DNA from: an uncultured candidate division Zixibacteria bacterium
GTDB lineage: Bacteria > Zixibacteria > MSB-5A5 > GN15 > FEB-12
Assembly (NCBI GenBank): GCA_963664195.1
Contig: OY760907.1
Location: 448,001-512,000 of the forward strand
Length of the DNA: 64,000 nt
Reading direction: 5' to 3'
The notes beneath the pieces were generated by a model. That model was not told where the DNA came from, did not search any database, and saw only the letters and a list, made by a program, of their open reading frames with translations. The position numbers and the translations under genes are program-made. Positions 57,131-64,000 of the stretch are shown here, one piece after another (within the stretch, counting starts at the first letter, position 1; every line of letters starts with the position of its first letter).

Positions 57131-58327
57131 TCAGATCGTACCGACGAGTTCAAACAACGGCAAGTACATGGCAACAAGGATGAATGCGACCACCACGCCC
57201 AAGAGGATAGTAATCAGGGGCTCAATGAGGGATGTCAGTGTCTGGATTTCAGCGTCTGACTCAGATTCGTAGTAATCGGCGGCGCGGCTCAGCATTTCGC
57301 CGAGTTGGCCGGTTTTTTCCCCTGATGACGTCAATCGTAAGACAGCACGAGGAAAAACCTTGGTCTCCTCAAGAGCGTCCGTGAGTGACTGGCCTGCCGA
57401 CACCTGCCGTCCGGCGGGTTCGATAGCATTTGCCACATACGCATTCCCGGTTGTTCGGGATGCAACCTGCAGCGCATAAAGGATATCCACACCCGAGGTC
57501 AGCAAAGCTCCCATCGTGCGACAGAACCTTGCCGACACAAGCTTCGTCGTCAAGTTCTTGACTAACGGCAGCTTCACTAAGAGCATGTGCGCGGAATACT
57601 GGAATTTCTGGTTAAGGCTGGTCGCAACGAGCAGGCCACACATTAATAGCACGCCGCCCATTAGATACCAGAGATTCTCACGCAAGAAGCCGCTCATCCC
57701 GACTACCTGCTGGGTGAGCATCGGAAGTTCGGCGTTGAAGTTTTCATACATGGATGAGAATACCGGTACCACGTAAAGGATCAGCGCCGCAACCACAAGG
57801 GCAGCAACACATATGACCAGCAATGGATAGGCCAGAGCAGAACGTACTTTGCGTGCGGTCGTTTCGCGCTTCTCCCGATAGGTCGCAATGCTGTCAAAAG
57901 CAAAGTCAAGTCTGCCGGAGGACTCACCGGCCTCAATCATGCTCGTGTAAAGATCGTCGAACAGAATCGGATAGTCTTTGAATGAGTCAGCCATCGATCT
58001 GCCCGACTCCACTTGCAGGATGATACTCTCGAACACGGATCGCTGGGTCTTGTCCTTCAACTGGTCACTGACGAGCTGCAGCGCCTCTACCGCCGCGATC
58101 TTACTGGCAATGAGGATCTGGAGCTGACGGGTGACGCGTGTGAGTTCCGAAGACTTGAATCTGCATAGCAGATGCTGCCGCAGGGTGCTGAGGGCAGGAC
58201 GGTGTGTCTGCAAAAAAACACCAAGATCAAGGAGACGCGTCTCCAGATCTGTCTGATCGTCGGCATTGAGGTGTCCTTCGATGACTTGACCGTCAACGTT
58301 TTTCCCAGAGTAGTAAAATCGCGGCAT
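57131..58327 (-). CDS. gspF: Type II secretion / type IV pilus inner-membrane platform protein (GspF/PilC)
   Basis: AGESSGRLD, SALAYP, VVPVF..MY...LP.LT, GEKTGQLGEML, LIEP...AMYLPLF. Confidence 0.92.
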   Translation of the reverse strand: MPRFYYSGKNVDGQVIEGHLNADDQTDLETRLLDLGVFLQTHRPALSTLRQHLLCRFKSSELTRVTRQLQILIASKIAAVEALQLVSDQLKDKTQRSVFESIILQVESGRSMADSFKDYPILFDDLYTSMIEAGESSGRLDFAFDSIATYREKRETTARKVRSALAYPLLVICVAALVVAALILYVVPVFSSMYENFNAELPMLTQQVVGMSGFLRENLWYLMGGVLLMCGLLVATSLNQKFQYSAHMLLVKLPLVKNLTTKLVSARFCRTMGALLTSGVDILYALQVASRTTGNAYVANAIEPAGRQVSAGQSLTDALEETKVFPRAVLRLTSSGEKTGQLGEMLSRAADYYESESDAEIQTLTSLIEPLITILLGVVVAFILVAMYLPLFELVGTI

Positions 58328-58376
58328 AGAGCTTTACAAATCCTCGGCAATAAGGTATTAGTATAGCGTACTTCGT

Positions 58377-59831
58377 TTGAAATGGAAACAGTTATCCGTG
58401 GCTAATTCGACATCCGACGCTCTCACCCAATCGTTTTGTGAACGGTTCCGGGTTTGCGTTTGCCCTGATAGGTCTACAATCTGGGCGAGTGACAAGACGG
58501 ACTTGTCCGTCCTCAACTACGTAAGCCGCATTGCAGATATGAGTCGCCTACCTAGAAGAATCTCAGACGAAGCGTTGAGCAAGAAGATCGCAACCTTCTT
58601 CGGCGAATCATCAAGTGAACAGAACGCGATGGGACCTGAAGCTCAGCAAACGGGAAACAACGGGACTGTTGCCGCCGACAGCAGGATTGTCAAGGAGATC
58701 AATGCCATTGTCGCCAGCTGCATCCGCCAACAAGCTTCAGATATCCATTTCGAGCCGGGTGAGACTCACTTAACATGTCGCGCCAGAATCGATGGCGTAT
58801 TGCAGGAAAAAGCTCACCTCCCGAGCGCCGATGCAATGGAGGTGCTTTCGCGTATTAAGATCATGTCGGGACTGGACATCGCCGAGAAACGCCGACCACA
58901 AGATGGCCGGATTCGGTTTGAACTCGACAATCGGCACGTCGATATCCGTGTCTCGACCATCCCAACGGACGGGGGCGAGAAGGCCGTCCTTCGGCTGCTG
59001 GACAAAGAGAGCCTGCGACTCGACCTGGCCGAACTGGGGTTTTCTGAGAACCAGCGTCGTCTCTTCCTTGAGAGAATATCAGTACCCAACGGAATAGTGC
59101 TGGTTACCGGACCAACCGGATCGGGAAAGACGACTACTCTGTACGCCGCCATGCAGCACCTCAAGTCTCCCAGGGTGAACATTTCTACGGTCGAAGACCC
59201 AATCGAATACAATCTCGCGGGAATCAATCAAACGCAAGTGAAACCAGAGATTAACTTGACGTTTTCGTCAATGCTTCGGGCTCTGCTCCGCCAGGACCCC
59301 AACATAATTATGATTGGGGAGATACGGGACCGGGAGACACTTGAGATCGCCATCCGGGCGTCATTGACAGGCCATCTGGTATTGTCGACCATTCACACGA
59401 ACAGCGCTGTGTCAACTGTCACTCGATTGCTCGATATGGGAGCCGAACCTTACTTGCTGGCCTCATCGCTCAAGCTGATTGTCGGTCAGCGTCTAGTTCG
59501 CAAGCTCTGCCCTGATTGTGCCGCTACGACACTGGACGATGCTTGCCATGCTGCTGCCGAGAAGCTGGGGATAGCACTGAGTCAAGACGCAAGAAACTCT
59601 GCCGGCTGCAGTCAATGCTCAGAGACCGGCTTCAGAGGTCGTACCGCAATCTACGAATTGCTCTCGATAGACGAAAACCTCAAAAACGCCATCAACGACA
59701 GACAATCGGAACAGCATCTGATACAGATTGCCAATCGCGGGTCATACCGCACTATGGTACAAATGGCTGCTGACTACGTAAACCACGGAGTGACCACGCC
59801 TGCCGAAGTACTCCGAGAACTCAACGCCTGA
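58377..59831 (+). CDS. gspE: Type II secretion ATPase (GspE/PilB)
   Basis: ASDIHFEP, LDIAEKRRPQDGR, Walker A GPTGSGKTTT, EDPIE, LRQDP, TGHLVLSTIHTN, two CxxC; alternative GTG start at 58398. Confidence 0.94.
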   Translation: MKWKQLSVANSTSDALTQSFCERFRVCVCPDRSTIWASDKTDLSVLNYVSRIADMSRLPRRISDEALSKKIATFFGESSSEQNAMGPEAQQTGNNGTVAADSRIVKEINAIVASCIRQQASDIHFEPGETHLTCRARIDGVLQEKAHLPSADAMEVLSRIKIMSGLDIAEKRRPQDGRIRFELDNRHVDIRVSTIPTDGGEKAVLRLLDKESLRLDLAELGFSENQRRLFLERISVPNGIVLVTGPTGSGKTTTLYAAMQHLKSPRVNISTVEDPIEYNLAGINQTQVKPEINLTFSSMLRALLRQDPNIIMIGEIRDRETLEIAIRASLTGHLVLSTIHTNSAVSTVTRLLDMGAEPYLLASSLKLIVGQRLVRKLCPDCAATTLDDACHAAAEKLGIALSQDARNSAGCSQCSETGFRGRTAIYELLSIDENLKNAINDRQSEQHLIQIANRGSYRTMVQMAADYVNHGVTTPAEVLRELNA

Positions 59832-59832
59832 C

Positions 59833-61791
59833 ATGTGTGACATGAACTATATGAAGAAATGCCTTTCTGCACTCCTGATTGCCCTCTTTGTGACAGCTCC
59901 CGTTTTCGGTGACACTCTGGAGGATGACGACTCCGCTCTACCACCGCAGCCAGTTTCCGACGACTCTCAGCCTGCGGGTACCGATGATTCACTGAGCACT
60001 TCAGCTGCACTGCAGAACATAATCGACACCGTGGTGATCGTGCCTCGATTGGACTTCGCCGGGACGTCGCTGTATGACGCACTGACTGCTCTGGCGAGAG
60101 CGTACAACCTGTCGTTGTTTATCGACCCGACCGTCACCGGGACAATCACTCTTCGGCTGGACAATGTCTCCCTCAATGACGGCCTCCTGTTCATCATAAA
60201 GGAGTATGATCTGGCCTGGGAGAAAACCGGCAGTATCATCAAGATATTCCGACCAACCGTTCCTCCCCCGCCACTGGCACCGCTTGATCTAGTATATCAA
60301 GATGGCCTGCTATCGGTCGACCTCCACGGCGCAGAGTTGTCACGACTGGTTGACACATTGATCGAAATCACCGGGCGCAACATCATACTTGAGAACGGCA
60401 CTCAGGGGCGGATCACTGGCAAACTGAAAGAGTTAGATTTTGATGAAGCGCTGGGAGTGTTGTTGTCAGCCAATGGTCTGGCCGTCCGCAAGGTAGATCA
60501 GGTAACGTACATAGGACGCGAAGCGGCCGAACCGGGTGGCCGCGGCCAGGCACGGAATCTGTATGTCCAGTGCGACAGCGGATCGGTCACTCTCGAAGCG
60601 GCCCGAGTGGCACTGGCTGATGTCATCGCCCGGATTTCGTCCGAGTGTGGCATCAGCATAATGATCCAAACACAATTGCAGGGTGATATCACTGCAACTT
60701 TCGCCGACAAACCGGTCGAGGAGGCGTTGACATATCTCCTGATGAATTCAGTATACACATTTAAGGAGAGTGGCGGAGTATTGTTTGTCGGCAGTCGCGA
60801 CTCCGAGGATATGTACGACTCGCAGTTGCTGGAGTTGGACCATCTGGTAGCATCTACGGTGGAAGCGCTGATACCGGTGTCGTTGTCACAACAGTTGACA
60901 GTTAAGGTTGTCAAAGAACACAATGGTCTTCTAGTGACTGGACCCAGAACCAAGATTGCCCGTCTTCAGGATTTCCTCAAGGAGGTCGACATCCCGCCAG
61001 CTCAGGTGCTGTTTGAAGTACTTCTGGTGGATTACACGACGAGTGAGCGGGCCGAGTTCGGCATAACCGCCAACAACTCAGCGGGCGTCGCCTCGTACGA
61101 ACAGACCTATTGGCCGAATGTCGATCTGAAGGGCGATGGAAACACGGCCAATAGCGCTCTGCGATCTTTGGAGCGACGCACGGGCTGGTCCAATCTGGGC
61201 GTGCTTGATGAGGACTTTTTCGTACGCCTTGAGATGCTCCAGAAGGAGGGCAAGGCGGTGGTCCAATCTCACCCCCAGGTAGCAGCCCTCAATGGTCATT
61301 CAGCCTCGATTCGGATTGGTACAACACAGTACTACCTTCTGGAGAGCGAGACCGTACATCCATCGGCACAGTCGACCACCTCCACCCAGACGACCCAGCG
61401 CTTCGAGAAGGTTGAGGCTGACATGAGTGTGGTGGTCACACCGTATGTCAGTCGAAGCGGAGAATTGACGGTCGAGATTTCGCCTGAGTTTAACTCACCG
61501 GCGGCAGACTTCAATCCCGATGTGCCTCCGACCATCAACCGTCGTGTGCTCGAGTCAACCGTCCGTCTGAAGAATGGCGAGACGATTATCCTGGGGGGAC
61601 TGATTCAACAGACCGAATCCAGGACAATTGACAAGGTACCGATACTGGGTCAGATCCCGATTCTCGGACGGCTGTTCCAGAACCGGTCAAACGAGGAAGG
61701 GCGCACCGAATTGATGATCTATATCACACCCTATGTCTACTTCGGTTCGGAGGGTGCTGTCGACGCTGACAGCGTGATGCTAATCAAATGA
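59833..61791 (+). CDS. gspD: Secretin (GspD/PilQ family) with repeated STN-like N-domains
   Basis: Signal peptide; D.P..QVLFEV; STVRLKNGETIILGGL; KVPILGQIPILGRLF; ELMIYITP. Confidence 0.9.
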   Translation: MCDMNYMKKCLSALLIALFVTAPVFGDTLEDDDSALPPQPVSDDSQPAGTDDSLSTSAALQNIIDTVVIVPRLDFAGTSLYDALTALARAYNLSLFIDPTVTGTITLRLDNVSLNDGLLFIIKEYDLAWEKTGSIIKIFRPTVPPPPLAPLDLVYQDGLLSVDLHGAELSRLVDTLIEITGRNIILENGTQGRITGKLKELDFDEALGVLLSANGLAVRKVDQVTYIGREAAEPGGRGQARNLYVQCDSGSVTLEAARVALADVIARISSECGISIMIQTQLQGDITATFADKPVEEALTYLLMNSVYTFKESGGVLFVGSRDSEDMYDSQLLELDHLVASTVEALIPVSLSQQLTVKVVKEHNGLLVTGPRTKIARLQDFLKEVDIPPAQVLFEVLLVDYTTSERAEFGITANNSAGVASYEQTYWPNVDLKGDGNTANSALRSLERRTGWSNLGVLDEDFFVRLEMLQKEGKAVVQSHPQVAALNGHSASIRIGTTQYYLLESETVHPSAQSTTSTQTTQRFEKVEADMSVVVTPYVSRSGELTVEISPEFNSPAADFNPDVPPTINRRVLESTVRLKNGETIILGGLIQQTESRTIDKVPILGQIPILGRLFQNRSNEEGRTELMIYITPYVYFGSEGAVDADSVMLIK

Positions 61792-63128
61792 GCGCTGAAT
61801 CACGAAGACAACAACAGAATGCAATTGGCAGATTGCTTTCTATGCGACCGACCGAGTACTTCATTCTGATTGGTCGTACACAGATTGAGTTCCTGCGCTG
61901 CACCGGTGGTGGGCATCTGGATGTACTCATGAGCGAGCCTACCGATGACACGTCACAAGATGCATTTGATGGATTCTGCTCACGGCTCCTGTCATTACGC
62001 GCGTATTTCGGCCAGCCGCTCAGAGTGCTTGTCAATAATGACCGGCAGTATACTTACTTCAGTTTGCTGGAGGGACATTCGCCGGCACAACTGCACGAGA
62101 AACTTGCCGCTCTTCGCCGAGACGACATGGAGCATCGACACGCAGTCCTGAAGGACAAGCAGACTAGTTTGTTTGCGTGGCAGGCAATTGATAGCGAGCA
62201 CCTGAGTGCTATTTGTCGCACGGTCGTTGAGTACAAATTACGGGTGCTGGACATCACAACACTTGCATCTCAACTCATACTCAACAGCACGATACCGTCG
62301 AAGAATACGACAGCAACATACCTCTACGATCTACCTTCTGGGGAGAAATGCTTCACGCTGTTTGACGGCAAGGCAGGTGTGTTGTTCGGCGATGTGGCTG
62401 ACACACTCAAGGGCATGTCAAGTGAGGAGGTCAGTGCCTCGCTTGAATCCGCTTACCTTGGCAAGGGCGCGGAACCAAAACGGAGAGTTTACTGCTCATC
62501 AAATGCGAAAGAGGCAACAGCACTTTTGGGCAAGCTCCTGCAAACGAAAATCAGTCGACGCAGCAGCCTCAAGAGAATCGCATTTGCTGCTCCCAACACT
62601 CGCACCGTTGAGTCTGTCCGAATCGCCCTCAGCAGTGGACGATTGCTAGTAATGACTCTCGCTATCGTTTGCTCTCTCATGGCCGCTTTTGCAGGAGTAA
62701 CAACGGTATTGGCAGGCGGCGAAGAAGCACCAATAGCCGACTTCCAGCACCGGTACAATACGAAGTTGACTCTTAGCCGCCGACTTGACTCGCTCAGAAC
62801 CGAGACATCCAGACTGCGTTCGGCACAGGGCGCCTCGGTACAAACCTCGGCGCTGGTGAGTCGATTCTTTCAGAAGACCACCAGCAGTCTCTATCTGACA
62901 AGTCTATCGGTCTCGGTTCAAAATGACGGTCCGCTGATTCTGGAAGTCGAAGGCAGTGCCCGCAAGGAATCCAGCGTATTCACATATCACCGCGCACTCA
63001 ACGAGTTGCTGGCTCCGAGTCAGTTAGTCGTAAACTCGATCAGACCGAAGATTCAGAATGGCCGGGGTCCGGCAGATACTCTCTTCACATTCAAGATGTC
63101 GACGAAATCCCATGAATCCGAAGACTAG
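61788..63128 (+). CDS. Probable GspL/PilN-like assembly protein
   Basis: ATGA-coupled to gspD; cytoplasmic part, one TM, coiled coil, LYLTSLSV...LEVEGSA...FTFKM tail. Confidence 0.55.
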   Translation: MSAESRRQQQNAIGRLLSMRPTEYFILIGRTQIEFLRCTGGGHLDVLMSEPTDDTSQDAFDGFCSRLLSLRAYFGQPLRVLVNNDRQYTYFSLLEGHSPAQLHEKLAALRRDDMEHRHAVLKDKQTSLFAWQAIDSEHLSAICRTVVEYKLRVLDITTLASQLILNSTIPSKNTTATYLYDLPSGEKCFTLFDGKAGVLFGDVADTLKGMSSEEVSASLESAYLGKGAEPKRRVYCSSNAKEATALLGKLLQTKISRRSSLKRIAFAAPNTRTVESVRIALSSGRLLVMTLAIVCSLMAAFAGVTTVLAGGEEAPIADFQHRYNTKLTLSRRLDSLRTETSRLRSAQGASVQTSALVSRFFQKTTSSLYLTSLSVSVQNDGPLILEVEGSARKESSVFTYHRALNELLAPSQLVVNSIRPKIQNGRGPADTLFTFKMSTKSHESED

Positions 63129-63621
63129 AAACTGGTTGCCGTTTGCCATAATCGGCCTGAATGTGATACTGGCAGTTCTGCTGCTGGTCGGCATTGACTG
63201 GTTGCTCATCACAGGTCTTGAGAATGTGAAAACGATAGAGATGTCCAGCCGTGCACAGAGTGAGTCGTCGACTATTGATAACCAGATCGCCCTGCTCCAA
63301 TCTGACATATTGCACCATCACGAGTTGGTGCAGGTTCTGTCAGCGAAAGAACTGCCAACCCTACAGAACATCAAGCTATTGCAGGCTGAACACAAACTCA
63401 GCCTCCAGCAGATGGAGCGAGTATCCTCATCAGGCGATCAGGGTTCACACCTGAACCAATACCGCACAGTTCTGACCGGTACCGCTGGCAGCGCCGTGAG
63501 ATTCCTCGGAGCACTCGAGGATCAATACGTGACCCGGTGCGATCAAATCGTTCTTCAGCCCGCCAATGACGACGGTTCCCGAGTTGGCCTGTCAATGTCA
63601 ATCGTACTGAGGGAGCAATGA
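63112..63621 (+). CDS. Probable GspM/PilO-like protein
   Basis: N-terminal TM, coiled coil, VLTGT...VRFL.ALE; position in the operon. Confidence 0.55.
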   Translation: MNPKTRNWLPFAIIGLNVILAVLLLVGIDWLLITGLENVKTIEMSSRAQSESSTIDNQIALLQSDILHHHELVQVLSAKELPTLQNIKLLQAEHKLSLQQMERVSSSGDQGSHLNQYRTVLTGTAGSAVRFLGALEDQYVTRCDQIVLQPANDDGSRVGLSMSIVLREQ

Positions 63622-64000
63622 AGGCACCGCAGGTAAAGAAGATTCTGCTTGGAGCACTTCTGGTTGTGATGGTCTACATCTGGTGGGATGCTTTCCAGGT
63701 TATAGCACCTTCGACGTCTGCGTACCAGGTAGTCCCACTATCCGCATCCAGAGAGGTCCGGGTGCGCGACCACCAACCTCTTGAATACCTGCCGCCTCTC
63801 GTCAATCCGTTCAAGCAGTTTAGAGATACTGCTCAAGGGCAGGCCAGCCCGCAACCAGCGAGGCAACGTCGACAGCCTCAGCAGACGCCGAAACTCTCGG
63901 ATCAATATCAACTCACCGGGATTCTCCAACGGGGCAAAGCGTCCCAGGCTGTACTGGTGGCACCGAATGGCAGTTCTGCGGTGCTTTCCCTGAAGGATTC
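63618..64000 (+). CDS. Probable GspC/PilP-like protein, 3'-truncated by window edge
   Basis: Not in the ORF track. ATG 63618: MKAPQVKKILLGALLVVMVYIWW...VNPF...YQLTGIL...AVL, open to the window end. Confidence 0.55.
   Translation, partial: MKAPQVKKILLGALLVVMVYIWWDAFQVIAPSTSAYQVVPLSASREVRVRDHQPLEYLPPLVNPFKQFRDTAQGQASPQPARQRRQPQQTPKLSDQYQLTGILQRGKASQAVLVAPNGSSAVLSLKD

Overview
The window has two parts. (1) Positions 1-44.2 kb hold a nearly complete dissimilatory sulfate-reduction supercluster: the 3' part of qmoB; dsrA-B-D-N-L-C; dsrT-M-K-J-O-P; a CoA-disulfide/persulfide reductase with a rhodanese domain; a hemA-sirC-hemC-cobA/hemD-hemB-hemL siroheme operon; a minus-strand block with qmoC, two sulfur-oxyanion transporter candidates (TauE, YeiH) and uncharacterised genes; sat-aprB-aprA; two Cys-rich accessory genes; a Cys-rich MerR regulator followed by a second dsrMK-like pair; and a two-component cluster. 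Sigma70-like promoters with 18-bp Rex-like operators lie at the start of most of these units. (2) At 44613-44633 is an isolated 3'-end fragment of a tRNA (probably tRNA-Ser) flanked by integrase arm-type repeats, i.e. a probable att junction. Beyond it is accessory DNA: a secreted beta-helix/PQQ-propeller protein with a T9SS-like C-terminal domain, a candidate immunity gene, a giant RHS protein with an Ntox44-like tip whose signal-peptide 5' part is out of frame, and a type II secretion cluster (gspF divergent from gspE-gspD-L/M-like genes) running off the window. The host is probably FCB-group (Zixibacteria-like); this is an inference from the C-terminal-domain style and gene content only. 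All calls come from reading motifs by eye; no database search was run.
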